This document shows positions 1-13,585 of a stretch of 64,000 nucleotides of DNA, piece by piece. Where the stretch lies: positions 426,916 through 490,915 of the forward strand of contig CAJFCJ010000020.1 of NCBI GenBank assembly GCA_904063045.1, given 5' to 3'. Numbering within the stretch: the first letter of the stretch is position 1; each line of letters opens with the position of its first letter. The DNA comes from Dimorphilus gyrociliatus. Its lineage: Eukaryota; Animalia; Annelida. The notes beneath the pieces were generated by a model. That model saw only the letters and a program-made list of their open reading frames with translations. It did not search any database and was not told the DNA's origin. The translations under genes and the position numbers were made by a program.

Positions 1-2819
1 ACATTGTTTGTCTAAATTCTTCGAAGTAAATTCTGACTGCATGATTGTCCGAATCTCTGATTACGGTTGTCGTTAAATTGAAGCAATTTTCTGTATCGGA
101 ATGGAGTTGATAAACGTGTGACTGGACTGTTATGGGCTTTTATACTTTTCATGAGCACTTTTTAATTGTGAGAAGCTTTTTGCTAATGAGGATCTACTTT
201 CTTTTTCTACACAAAAAATGAGCTTTATAACAGTATAGAGATCGTTTGCCAATTGTCAGCTTAGAAAGTGAAAGTACTAGGTCAAGAATTGAGTTCAAAG
301 TCAAGTTGATTGAAAGTTGTTAAAGCTGAGGTAATGACCAAATCTCGATCAATAAACGTCTATTAAATCTATAATATAATTTTTATCCAGTATACACTAG
401 TCTTGAAGCAAAAAGACGAAATTTACAATAATTGAAAATTATATTAAAGCAAATATTCTCCTATGGCATTAATCATCTAATGCATGATAATTTCAACAGG
501 TTGTTTTACAAGATTTCGCACATAAATTACGATTAATTACTTGTATGGTTTGAAGATAATAAAGGAAAACCATGTAAAACAATAATTCCAACTTCTACAA
601 TATTATATTTTATTATTTTAATATTTATATTAGAAATAAATCCTTTCTTTTACGTAATCAATTATTGCTCTCATATTTAACCTGTATAATTTCAAAACAA
701 TATATACTTCTATATATTTTGTAGATAGAAAGTATATAGTATACTTACAAAAAGTCATCAATTTCATACTCTGGACATTTCAAGCTGTTAAGTTCTTTTT
801 TTATGTTGGAGTGTTTTTTTTTTAAATTTTAATTAATACAAATCGTGAAGGTTGATTAAAACTTTCACCGTATCTCTTTTCTCTTCATTTATTACAATTA
901 AAATATAGCAAGCTGTGAAAATAAGACATTTTGAATAATAAGGCTATAGTCTTATTTGATTATCATTTAAATAATTTATTATTTAATATTTATATTCGTT
1001 TAATTGCCTAATGGTATAGACTTGGGAAAATGGGTGAAAAAGAGGTAGACGATTGCTAAGAGTAGAAGGAACGAACGTGAAGTTTAAAAAGATTTATTTA
1101 CAGATTGAAATGTGCAAAGAGACTAGTATTACACCCTTGTGGTGTATCAAACTAAGTTGATTACTTTAATTAATTAATTAATTAAGAAATTAGGACAAGT
1201 AGTCAACTATTTGTGTAGAATATATAAAGCTCAAATTTCTTTGTATACTTAATATATATTTTAAGATATTTAAAATTACTATCTTCTGTTAAAAAAATGA
1301 ACTTAACAGGCAAAAATAAAATATCGTCAGGCTAGAAAACAGTACAACAGACAGTTAGGTTTACAATTTTGTTACATTCTTTTACATTGTAGCTCTTATA
1401 CTTGCATAGTATGATAAATAAACTATTAGTCTCTGCTTTATTCCTTCGATAATTATTAATAAGTTCTTCAATTAACTTATAATAAGGACCTGAATGAGGT
1501 TCCTCTACATTGTTAACAAACAAAAAAAAACACAAGTACTGTGTGCATAGAATAGTTTTTATTAGACTGATCTATTTGTTTTGAACAAATGCAAAAATAA
1601 ATTCTATTCACTACGTATGAATACGTAAGATTAAATAACATTGATTAAAAAAGCTAGTAATGTTTTTGGAGGAGTGAACTGAGAGGGAGGGGGCGATGGA
1701 AGGGTTTTGCAATTGTCGGCAATTATTATAAGAGTTATTGTAGTATTATAGCTAGCGGGAGGTCAGAGGGATAATATTGAATAGGATTATTACATTAAAA
1801 CGTAGTTACTAAAAAGAAAAGACATATTTATACAAAGTTAACCTTTCTTTTAAGTAAATAAAAGAGGAATAAAAAATTAACTAAATAGTTGTAATAATAA
1901 AAAGAAATAGTTAGTTTTTTTATTATAGAAAACTAAATGACAACTATATCTTTATGCTTTTTTATAATCTAATTTATGAGGTATTCTTAAGAGCTAAATA
2001 AAAGAAAGTATATGTAAATAATGTTGACATGTTATCTAATGTAATTGTTAGTATTTATAAAAGAAAGGAGAGAAGTTTACTATAACTTTCTTAATAAGTT
2101 AAGTTTTGTATTTATAACTTGCAAAATTCTGTAAAAAAAAACAAAAGAAAAAGAGTCAATAAAATACATATATAAAAAACATAATAAATTAAAAAAGAGA
2201 GGAAGATATCTATCTACTCAATCAATAAGGATCGAGAATATTAATAATGAAATAAATGTATAGATTCCACTCAGGCCGTATGTTTTTCTCCTTTTTTCCC
2301 TTTTTACGTCTCATTGTTTGATTACGAGTAAAACTTATACAAGCGTATAGTAATTTTAAATACTTATACAGTATTAGAGTAATATAATACTACAATTAAT
2401 AATCAGTCAACTTTACTTTTATTCGAATTTTATAATTATGATTGATATATAAAGTATCGGTTGCTCATTAGACTCAAGCTACTCTTCCTATCAAAAGTGT
2501 CGTTGGACAACTTTTCGAACATTAACCTATTATGAATGCTCTGTAAATCATTTGTTGAAAGCTTACAGGCGGATTACTGATCTATCTAGGCTTAGTACGG
2601 ATATCTATTGTTGAAAGGCTTCTTTTTGCAGTTTATAGAATATTACTAATAAAAACATATAGGAGTGCTCAAATGGGCAAATGTGCTATATGAGAGCAGA
2701 ATACTCTTTGGTTTATTAATTGGACGTCTCTATGATTGGAACACAAATAAGGCATAAATTAATTATTATATGTGAAACGTTAGTTAAAAAGATATAGAAA
2801 GAGATAAGCCAAGATAAAT

Positions 2820-3872
2820 ATGAGCGAAGGATCAACAGTAGAGAGAAGTGATCAATTGATGAGAGCGATCGGTAGAAATGTCAAAGAAATGAGGATATTG
2901 GAAACAAGCCTAAACAAATTGCATTTGGAAAAATCGTATTCTATGAGCCTTTTGAAATTGGATTCAAAAGAAATGCAAAGTTATCATAGAAGACTACGAC
3001 AAAGAGTTGACAGAATTAAATCCTATTTAACGGCTTCTGATGTTAGAAGATTTAAAAAGATGGATGATGATGGAAAGCTTTTACCCGTTATTTATCAACA
3101 TCATGTCAATAATTCGTTGAGAATATCAGCAGCAGCCTATAGACTAAAGGTAAATGAATATTCGAGAACAGAAACAAAGTCACAAAAATCAAAGAGAGCA
3201 ATCACAAAGAAGAAAAGGCGTCCCTCAATTCCATCCTCAATACCTGTTATATCGGAGGATACTACTTTGGAATTGCCTGCTAAATTAACAGTTGTCAATA
3301 AACGTCCCGCAACTGCTGCTGAGCAAAGTCTAAAACCTTCTGAAAAAGGCCATAAAAGAAGCGAAACAACGCTTGGCTTTTCATCCCATACGAGAATACA
3401 AGAGGAGAGAAAAGATGCTCAAAAGAGACCGTTAAAATCTAGGCGGGAACCTAAATTATTATCTACTGCAGTTAGTGATGCATTTACTGATAATATTCTC
3501 GATGGACGGGAAACTTTTATGAAAAAAAGAGAACAAAGAAAGCGTTTAATTAAGAGTGAAGAACGAAAAAATATTGGTACCCAGGAAGACATCAAGCGTT
3601 TTATTAATAAATTAGAAGCATATAGAAGGGAAAACGTTGAACTAGACGAAGAGGAATTCATTTCTTTGATATCCGATAACGATCGTTTTCCCAGAAGATC
3701 GTCGGATGGCAAACAAGTGAAGACGATGAACTTGGAAGAACTAATTAAAAACCGGGATAGTCTTAGCGACGAAACTAAAAGGAAGTTAATCGATTATTAT
3801 ATAGAATTAAAAGATTGCAATTATAGAGGTAAAAACGAACAGCTATTGAACATTTTTCAAGAGCCAGTCTAA
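2820..3872 (+). CDS. Single-exon 350-aa Lys/Arg/Glu-rich, probably coiled-coil protein of unknown function
   Basis: Uninterrupted 350-codon ORF in DNA where chance ORFs are mostly under 100 codons. There is an in-frame stop just upstream of ATG 2820. The N-terminal segment (RNVKEMRILETSLNKLHLEKSYSMSLLKLDSKEM) is helical. No domain recognised with certainty. Confidence 0.8.
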   Translation: MSEGSTVERSDQLMRAIGRNVKEMRILETSLNKLHLEKSYSMSLLKLDSKEMQSYHRRLRQRVDRIKSYLTASDVRRFKKMDDDGKLLPVIYQHHVNNSLRISAAAYRLKVNEYSRTETKSQKSKRAITKKKRRPSIPSSIPVISEDTTLELPAKLTVVNKRPATAAEQSLKPSEKGHKRSETTLGFSSHTRIQEERKDAQKRPLKSRREPKLLSTAVSDAFTDNILDGRETFMKKREQRKRLIKSEERKNIGTQEDIKRFINKLEAYRRENVELDEEEFISLISDNDRFPRRSSDGKQVKTMNLEELIKNRDSLSDETKRKLIDYYIELKDCNYRGKNEQLLNIFQEPV

Positions 3873-4499
3873 ATATTTACATGAAGAGCGCACGCCATCT
3901 GTTGTTTTGGGACAAAGTTTTTAGAATATTAATTGATTTTCTGTATTCGAATTATTGTTTAAGTTTAAACCTGTAACTATAGATGTATATAGGAATAAAT
4001 AGGTTACAAAATTTCTATACAGCAAAAGCATTATATCGTAAATAACAAATTACTTTAGACGCTTTAGGGAAAAATTCTGCATGCAATTTATATTTTATAG
4101 TATAGGAGAGAGAATTAGAAAAATTATCTCTATATATGTACTGTATATAAATATATATAAAGATATATAATATACAGCTTGTTTTGTATATACACACAAT
4201 ATATACATATGTATTTTTATACATATATTATATATTATAAGTAAAGGAATGAATCGACGGCAGATCGCAAACTGGAACGACACCTGGACGTAAAAGCTCA
4301 CTTATTTTATCCTCAGTAAGTACTGCGTTGTATTTCCGCTAAATTGATGAATGATTGCTTACAAATGAGGAATGCCTGTTAACAACTCTATCATTCTATA
4401 GATTACAAAACGTTAATTGTCATGAGGGTGCTCAAATTCTACAAGTTTACTAATCGGTAATTTGACCAAAAAAAGAAATTTTTTTCTTCTGTTACCTAA

Positions 4500-4760
4500 C
4501 TTCATCTTCCTCTGCTATTACTACTACTACTACTACTACCACTACGACTACTTCTTATTCTTCTTTTACTTCTTCTTCTCCTTCTTCTACTCTTCTTCTA
4601 CTTCTACTTTCTACTGAATCAACAATAAGTCTGAGTTTCTTTAAATAAACTTTTCTTCTCTCTCTGTCTTCTCGAAGCCACCATCATCGTTTTCTTCTTC
4701 TCCTTCTTCCTCTGCTTATCCTACTTCTGCTTATTCTCAATTTCCTCATTGCTTCTCCAT
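4500..4760. repeat. Low-complexity pyrimidine-rich tract built from ACT/CTT/TCT triplets
   Basis: Directly visible runs such as ctactactactactactaccactacgactact and tcttcttctccttcttctactcttcttcta. Confidence 0.75.
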
Positions 4761-6466
4761 AGTCTAACTTGATTCGCCTCTTGTATTTTCAACTACAATA
4801 TCTTGGTCCCTGATAAGGGATTAAAAGAAGGAGTAGAGATTAAAGTTTATAGAACAAAGGAAGGAAAGAAGAATAAAGAAAAAAGATTATAATGGGTAAT
4901 CTATGTACGCAACAAAAAGTTGGTGATGTAGCTGAAATGGAAGATAAGGTAAGGCTTACTATGAAAAATAAGGCAATTTATTTTTAGATATAAGAACTGT
5001 ATAATATAGTTATATTTTATTGATTTGACGCCCCACGTGGCAGCGCCTCTATTTGAATAAGAGCTATTTCAAATAAGCGGTGAAGGTGGAGCAAAAATTA
5101 CAGTGAAAATATGAAGTTTTAAGATTCACTTATTTCTAGATGAACTCTAGTCAGGCGCATGCCGTTATAATAGAGGATCGTGACATTTTTCACCTCATTA
5201 AATATTGACTAGATACACACAGTGGTATCGGATAAAGCACTTTAAGATCGTCCCATTAATTGTACAACCTTAATTGATCGCTTCTCTACTCATAATATTA
5301 CATTGCCCATTTTTAGTTCAACTGTCAATAAGTTTGAAAGAGTTCGAGAAGAAAGAAGCTTCGATTAGACGCTTATTAACTGTATAGATAAAAATGGATG
5401 TGAGAACTCGGCTAAATCCAGAATATATAAGATTGATTTTTCAATTGATTCCTTCCGTTAAAAAAATCGACCAGAATCGAAATCGAGGTTATCTTAATAG
5501 TGCTGCTTCAAAAACAATTTCCTAAGAATTTTTTTATGTAAGCAACATTCAAGTGCTGGATTGTATGAGCATGAAGCTTTGAAATTCATCAATAAACCAT
5601 ATTGATTTTGATATGCGTCGATATTTGCATTGACATTTAATTTAGATTTCCCTATTGTTCCTAACTGTGCAGTCAATAGATAATATATGCGAATTGGATG
5701 AACGTCGCTTATTTCTTTTTAAGGTATAGATTTCAAAAATTATTAACAGGAGGCCTCCCTGATACTGATTCTTTTACATGGTTTTTGTCGTTTTTTCTTC
5801 ATATTGGGGTTAAATATAAATAATAGCTATAGTTTCATAAAATGATATGAAGCAAAAAGGAAATAACACCCCGGGGAGTTCAATCCTCCGTTTAAAGAGT
5901 TGTTTTTTCATCACAAATGTAAGTTAATACTGACGTCAACAACTGTTCAAAATAGAAATCTCTAGAATCCTTTGCATCAGTAATAAACCTTTTCAATAAC
6001 ATAAATCGTTATTTCGTGCTCTGAGTGTTCATTAAAGGACTTAATAACGAGAGATGTCATTGTATCAGGCTACCAGTTGCCTGAAATTCGTTTCAAAGCG
6101 TGGGATAAATGAAATAGGCCTGCAAAGAGTGAATTTATATTTGTATATTTCATGAGGTAGATTTTCTATTCAAAGGCCAATTGTTGATTTTAATTATTAT
6201 AATGGTTAACGAAATTCAAGGGCAGTAGTCGAAAAGAGGAGCAAAAAAATGGTACTCTATCTTGATTTTTGTTTTCTCTTTTAACAGGGTTAAAGAAATT
6301 GTGACAGCTCTAATGAGCACTCTTTGCCGTATTTGCAAATGTGCTAGCTTTCGAATAATGCGCTTATTATTATTGAAATATTTAATGTTTTTTTCTCTTT
6401 ACGATAAAAAATAATTTTTTTAATAATCTCTAAATATTAAAATATTTATTTCATCTTCCGATTTAG

Positions 6467-7062
6467 GCTGATTATCCTCCTCCAGAGCAAATTAACAACG
6501 TATGTGGTACTGAAGTGAATCGAGACGAGAAATTATACTTATATGCCCTCTTTTGCTGTACTAGGCTAGCCAACGCCTATACTACTCATAAATTTCCAAA
6601 TATATCCTGTGAAGACCTCGATAAAGAGGATTACATCAACTTTTTAAACATTCTCAATGAAATGCAGTCCGATCTGGTTTACGAGGAGAACCTTTCTGTT
6701 AATGCAAAAGTTGATTCTCTCTATGATCAGTATGCAAAACAGTCACTTAAGGAATTAGCCTACTACTACGGAGGCTGCACAGATGAAAATAGCGGTATAG
6801 ACATGTCGGTTATATATGACGATACATTAAAAATGGTTATAGCTGATATGATTAGCGGGTTTGTATGGAAAACATCATCTCTAAAGAATGAAGAGGTTTT
6901 TAGCTGATAATTCTAATTAATTTATCTCTTTCATCCACACGTTAATATCATTACTTTTAATTGCAGTTTTCAAAACACTTGAGACTCAAAGAACCAGAAG
7001 TCCTTATTAACGCTGAAACGGGCGAATCTTCAAAGGACTGGGTGGACGAACAAGATTCCTGA
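6467..7062 (+). CDS. 3' exons of an unidentified spliced gene (about 6467..6895 and 6967..7062); 5' exons unresolved
   Basis: Acceptor tttag|GCT at 6467 opens a 143-codon frame (ADYPPPEQINNVCGTEVNRDEKLYLYALFCC...SSLKNEE). A phase-0 intron at 6896..6966 (gt...ttgcag) joins it to FSKHLRLKEPEVLINAETGESSKDWVDEQDS*. An alternative acceptor at 6485/6486 is possible. Confidence 0.6.
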
Positions 7063-7206
7063 GTTTACGAATATACAGAAGAGTATATGTTTTTATATAT
7101 ACAATATCTATAAAGATTCTTTATGTATTTACTATAAATATATACCATATCGTATATATTATTATATATACAATATAAATACATATACATATATATATAA
7201 ATTTAA

Positions 7207-7237
<31 letters not shown>

Positions 7238-10200
7238 AATTTATATTTAAACATTTTTACCTAAAATCCAATAATAAATAAGTCATTCAGTTCAGTAAAG
7301 ATAAAATAAAGCTTAACAAAAGCCTGAAAAAAATCAAAGATTCTTCTTTTTTTATCTAAAGCTTAAATATACATGTCATTTTAAGGAGAATATAAGTAAT
7401 ATATATATATATATTTCTTCTCTTCTATTGCAAATACATACTATGTTCAAAACCTTCTATATGAATTTACATATATGCGTTTGTGTGTGTGAAAGTCGAG
7501 GTATAGGTATATCTTACATTGTTTGTGTACTTTGTATATACATTATACATTCTATTTGCAAATGAATATGCTGCCTTTCAGAAATATTCTTCAAACAAAC
7601 AGCAAGAATTGCTTACTTTTTCAGTCTTTACTCAATTTTTAAACATAAAGAGAATTAACTAAATTTTAACAAAACAATTAATTATATTAACTATAATTTA
7701 TGTATTTAACAATTTTCAAGTTCATTATATACAAGTTACCTTAATAGAAAACAAATAATAGAAACTCTGTATATTAATTAATTATTAAAATATACAGCAA
7801 TATTCTTATTTTCAGACAAGTATTTTATAACAGTAAAATTGTATTTTAATGGATTAAGCCTATATTTTAATTAAAAAGTATTATAAATTAAGAAATATTT
7901 TTCATTAAATCTATTTAACTGATTAAAAACAAAAAAAACATACGAAAAACGAATTGATCGCTTGTTCTTTTATTTTATTAACAAAAAATCTAGTTGTTAT
8001 AAATAATAGAGCATTAATTGTGTTATACGTAAATTTTAATTTGAATAAGAGCATTAGGCCAATCTAATATCTAAAGATCCTTATCAATTATTACACAGAA
8101 AAATTCTTTACATTTCAACAGTTTGTAATTTTGTTCTTTTTCTATATTTTTCCAAATGTAGACATAAAAAGTATACCGCTGTTTATATATTGTTAATATT
8201 ATATTTTTTTCATTTTTCCAGCTCTTCGTATAGTTTAGGAAAGAAACGTTAAATTACTGATTATTCTCTTAATTGTGAATCCTTTGGAAGGATATGGGAG
8301 AATATATTCGCTTTAATTTTGTTTTTTTTTTTATATTTAATATTGATAGAATACAAACTGCCTAAGTAACCAACAAAATATTTTTCAGAGTAACAATATT
8401 ATTTATGAAATATTATTGTTTTTCTTTATTTATACTTCAACAAATATTAGTCTATAGACGCTCCCTTCATGATATGTATATTCTGTTATCCTCTAGATAG
8501 AGCTTGTCTACATACTGTGTATACAGTATATATGTATAATATTTATTTCAAATTACAATAATGACTCATTTTGATATAAATCACTTTAATCATTAATATT
8601 ATATCTCTAGTTACATAACTTTCTAAGAATTAGAAAAAAGACGTTAATCACATTCCGTATCTTTAAATAAAATATAACTTCACATCCTAAAGATCTAGAC
8701 CGTTTTCTTCTCAAGCTAATTATTATTGATAATTATTTCTTTTGAAGATCCTCTTATTTATAGTTCTATGATCTTGAATTTCTTTAAGCGTTTAACATTT
8801 GAAGGTTAAAGTCGTATGGAATAGAGAAACTTTATTTAAATACAACAGTATATGTATGTCTATATTTTATCATTAGTTGATCATTCATTAAGAAAATAAT
8901 GTTATTTATTAAGTTTTTTATGAATAATTTAAAGAACAGTTTGAATATTTTATACAAAGATTTTAGCTCCTTTTTTTGTTAGTTATCATTACCAAGTTTA
9001 CAAAATGTAGATTTTTCCTAGAACTACTTTAACAGAGATGACACTATTTCGCTGTTAACGACTAATTTTAGCCTCTTTAACTATTTGCCTTATAAAAACT
9101 GTATCGTATACAGAATAAATATAAACTTTCTTTTAGGAAAACTCTCATAGCGATTATAGACTATGGACATATAATTCAATAGAAAGGAAAGGTTATATGG
9201 TTCGCTCTGTTGACCATATACGATCTTAAATGGCTTTTTCTTTTTCTCTTTGTTCTGGGTAATGAGAATAATTTCCATTTTATATATAGATATAATAGTA
9301 AAGAAGATAGCTATTTATTCAGTATCTGCTATATGATAGTGGATATGAAAAATAATACATAGGACAAATTCACCGGTATATTCATTATTTATGCATAAAG
9401 AAAAGAGAGAATAAAATATTCTTTACACAAAACTACTTTATCTTATCGTTACTCAATGAAAAGTAGTTTTCTCTGCTGCACATTTGGAAAATTAAAATCC
9501 AAATATTCATTTATGATTTGTCACATAATGTACTAATTATGTATGTCACGTTCTCACGTATCCCATATTTAGAATAATAATCTAATCCAATTACATTTAT
9601 CCACTTCAGTCGACCTATTAACCTCGTTTTGAATAAATGTACTATACAGTATATGAAAACGTATTAGTTTAGTTTGTTATTGTAAATTAACATTCTGACA
9701 AGATTGTCAACAGTAAAAAAAAATCCATATTTTAACCTTTTACTTCTACAATTTCCTTATACTTTACTCTTTCTTTTTTTACGATTATTTATGGTTTGAA
9801 AATCTTTAAATATAGAGTAATATATTGTAAAACAAAAAAAAGAAATAATCATCCTCTCTTTATTATCCTTAATTATTTATAGATATATTCCTTTAATCGA
9901 AAAAAAAGCGAAAAAGGGAACGGTGTAGGAGGATAGGCTAGTGAGTGGGTGGATAAAAGAGCAAAAAGTAAGAAATGGGGAATCATCCTCTTTATATTCG
10001 TTTATAATCTACAGATTATAGACAACTGTACTAAATGTTCTAAATATTATTTTTAGTCATGAATAATTTAGATATTTAGAAAAAAAAATAAAAGTATAGT
10101 TTCAAATTGATTAATTCAGCATTTTTTGTTTAAATGTTAATTCAAATTAATTATTAAAAACTGCAATTAAAAAAAAAGAAAACAACAAAAAATGATATAG

Positions 10201-11617
10201 AAAAATAACAAAATAACAATATTTTTATTTCATTTAATAGAAGTCTTTTTTTTTTTTACCTTTTAAAGATTTGTCGACATAAATGGAAAAATTATTGGAA
10301 AATAGACCAATTACCACTAATCAATCTTTAAATTAAATGGAATTCACTGATGTTTGAAAAGTAAACGGTTATTTAATTCTCTATTTGGGTGGCAAACAGA
10401 TACTTGAAAATCTATTAATTAAATAATTTATTATATGTGAATATACAGTATATCAGAATATATATGCACACACACATATATATATATACATATTTACATA
10501 TTCATTCATTCATTCACTCATTCATTCATACGTACAAAGCATTGAATAGATCTAAACAACAAGTTTATTCAATTTTATTATATTGAATTTTTTATTGTTA
10601 AATGCAAAATACAGAATATTAATCTTTTTTAATTAGAACAATTGAATTTATTCAAAATTGATCTTTTCTTACCTATTATATAGTTATAATCGTTATTTTA
10701 TACATTGTAAAAAGCTTTTTGCACTCAACATGTTTATGATACGTACAATTTAGTCTTATTCAGAACTTTTTGAGAGATAGAGGTTTTGATTCTTAGAAAG
10801 AGCTACTTTTTACAACTTAAAAGACACGCTCTTTTTGATGTTAGCATTTTCTTATTCCTATTAATAGATGTTTCTGAAATTAACAGTGCAAATATAGATA
10901 AAATAAAAAAAAGCACTTCTCTCCTTCTATTTATAATTCAGAAATAGAATTTTATATAACTATGCCACCTAGTTGATAATAAACTCTCAAGTGCATTTTG
11001 TTCGATTACGTAATTAATTTATTAAACTTCTATTTGAAATATGTTATTGATTAAAGATAGCCAACAACAGTTAAATTATTTGATTATTAAAAATACTAAT
11101 GGAATTACCTTTTTAATCAGTACTTTATATTTTTTATTAAGAAAATTTAAAAGGCAGATGGTGCTTCTCTTCTGCTGGAAGGGGGCGTCATCTATAGGTA
11201 ATTAACCTACGTCATGAGTGAGAAGTACAATAGAGATCAGTGTTTTCTTTAAAAAAATAAAAGCAAACAATAGATAATATAGGTAATTTATTATTTGAAT
11301 TTGTTTAATAAAGACATTTACTCCGTTGAAAAGCTCTTTGTTAGGTAATTTACTATTTAAAAGCAATTTCCTCTAAAGTCGGAAGTAAACTATTAAATTT
11401 GTTTAAAAACATAAACAATTTGTAAATACTAATTGAAAAGTTAATATATGATTTGAATTTATCGGAAAAAATAGTTACTTTTCCTTTAATCTCTATTTCC
11501 TTATGATTTTACTTTACCTTCTATAAATGTCTCATTATAATAATTGATCGTTATTTTATCAGCGTTTGGAAAAAACATTAAGCTTTCATTCGTACGTTAT
11601 AGACTTTGGCGCTAAGT

Positions 11618-13585
11618 ATGAAAAAGATCAGCCTAGTTTGTCTTCTATTTATTTGCTGTCTGGTGAAAAGTCATCTTGCCGTAATTGATGGTAATGTATA
11701 ATGAGTTGCAATATTTTCTCTCATAATAAAATGTTTACAAAAATAATTCATCAGCTTCATCATCAGTGGATGAGTCGTATTTTTATAGAGAAAAGCGAGC
11801 GGCTGAACCTGAAACTAAGGTTGAAGGTGAACCAGAAACTAAAGTTGAAGGCGAACCAGAAACTAAAGTTGAAGGCGAACCAGAAACCAAAGTTGAAACA
11901 GAGCCAGAAAAAGAGACAAAACCCGAATCAGAGACCGAAAGCGAAACAAAACCAGAGAACAAACCAGAATCTGAGGTAGAAAGTGAAACTAAACCAGAAA
12001 CTACTGCTAAACCAGAGACAAATGCTGAAGGAACTGTCTCTCCAGAGGCGGAACCAGAACAGAGACCTTCGATGTGGGAAATTATTTTGCCACCTTTCAT
12101 TCTTCTAGTTCTGATTGTTTTAGGTAGGTTGATTTATCAAATACTACTATACAAGTAAGATGAAAAAATTAAACTCTTTTTTAGGTCTTACTGGCCTTTC
12201 TATATCGTCCCAAAGGCATGTTGTTCGAGCAAAACTACGTAAAATATTTGGCTTTTGCCTTAGAACTTCTTTCTTACCTGCTTGGAAAAATTTTAGTGGT
12301 TTGAAAACTATCCGAAAAATTAATGTTTCACCAACAGAATCCACAAGTACTTTTGAAACTTCGATATTATCCAGTCCAGATTCTTTAAAAAGAAATCAAG
12401 CAGAAGATGTTATACCTGAGGAGGAAGAGGATAAAACTTTTCTTTCCTCTTTTGACTTGGAAGTAATTCGATCAATGAATTCTTATCACAACCGACCTAA
12501 GGAGTTGTTTCGAATTTCCTTCCCAGCCCTTATCTCTTTGTCATTATGTCCGTTTACTTTATATTTATATCAACCGTTAATAGATATTTTCTGGCCAAAA
12601 TCATCTTTTGCAACTCCTCCAGATATCAACGAAGGTAGCGTCTTATTATTTTATGTGAATATTTTATTCCTTTTTTCTTTTCTACGTTAGCTATTGCTTG
12701 CTTTCTTGCCCCGGCTGGCTTAGTTTACGCGACATCATTTGGCTTCGCTTTCCAACAAGCTTTAGGAAAACAGGGGGAAGTTCTCCGAAAAATAACCTAC
12801 GAATTAGGCTTAATAGATCAAATTGCAACTCTTGCCTCAAAAATTCATCTTCCTAACATTCAAGATCGTATGGCAATCTATAGGGCGATTAAAGCGGAGG
12901 CGATCTTCATGATCCTACAAATCGAAGATAGAGAACCGGAGAGTTTTCAGAACAAATCAAGAATCGATGTAAAAAGTTGGTTAAATTGAATAAATGATAT
13001 AATCTAAAAACAGAAAAATAGTGAATAATCTAATAAATAAGTAATTAATGTCTTTATTTATTTTATTCAGCCGAAATATGGAATGTTTTAGATATTCTAA
13101 GAAGAATACAATCGGACTCAAAAGAAATATTTAGTATCGATAGAATTATAGTCGATAAAATCATTTCTCATATACTACACTTGAATAGCATATGTAGCGA
13201 TAGGATGGGACTACTTCACGCAAGAATACATCCGCTAAAGTTAGTTAAATATGACTATAATATATAAATATTTACATTTTTTATGCATTTGAACAATAGA
13301 TGGGCATTTCTGGAAACACTTGGATTTTTCTCCTTCTTTGGAATTCTTCTCTTGACAGCACAATCATACAGAATGGAATTAATTATGTGTATCATTACCG
13401 TATTTTCTATTTCGTTACTATGTTATGTAGTATCAGATTTAGATTCGCCTTTCTCCGGATTTTTTCGCATTGATCTCTCTGTTCTACCCGACGCCATCAC
13501 AAGAATTGAAAAGATGTTTTATATAGCTTCGTCATTCGGCTTAAATATCACAGCCAAGTATCCAACAGTAAAGAAAATGTTTTAG
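11618..13585 (+). CDS. DUF4239/bestrophin-like multipass membrane protein, paralog 1 (543 aa), with signal peptide, REKR site and EPETKVEG repeats
   Basis: Six phase-consistent GT-AG exons: 11618-11690, 11755-12123, 12185-12634, 12691-12975, 13071-13239 and 13300-13585 (1632 nt). Signal peptide MKKISLVCLLFICCLVKSHLAVID. About five hydrophobic helices. Motifs FLAPAGLVYATSFGFAFQQA and SDLDSPFSGFFRID. The family call rests on my recollection of the DUF4239 C-terminal LD-x-PF-x-G signature, not on a search. Confidence 0.8.
11805..11900 (+). repeat. Coding tandem repeat, 4 x 24 bp (EPETKVEG), decaying into further EP/KP-E repeats to about 12060
   Basis: gaacctgaaactaaggttgaaggt / gaaccagaaactaaagttgaaggc x2 / gaaccagaaaccaaagttgaaaca, read directly. 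Confidence 0.95.

Noticed and set aside
1-360. Coding-like minus-strand text (…VEKESRSSLAKSFSQLKSAHEKYKSP*…EIRTIMQSEFTSKNLDKQC)
   Set aside because: Stops in all frames, no consistent splice chain, and truncated by the window edge. It cannot be supported.
5875-5889. GGAG-TTCAATC-CTCC, resembling a tRNA T-arm or B-box
   Set aside because: No acceptor stem, D-arm or anticodon arm can be folded upstream, so it is not a tRNA gene.
11805-11900. Possible CRISPR-like repeat array
   Set aside because: The repeats are head-to-tail with no unique spacers, in frame within a spliced eukaryotic exon, and there are no cas genes.
11701-12100. ORF-track entries 11701..11979 (+) and 11783..12100 (-) with repetitive proteins
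   Set aside because: Shadow frames of the 24-bp coding repeat in DUF4239 paralog 1.
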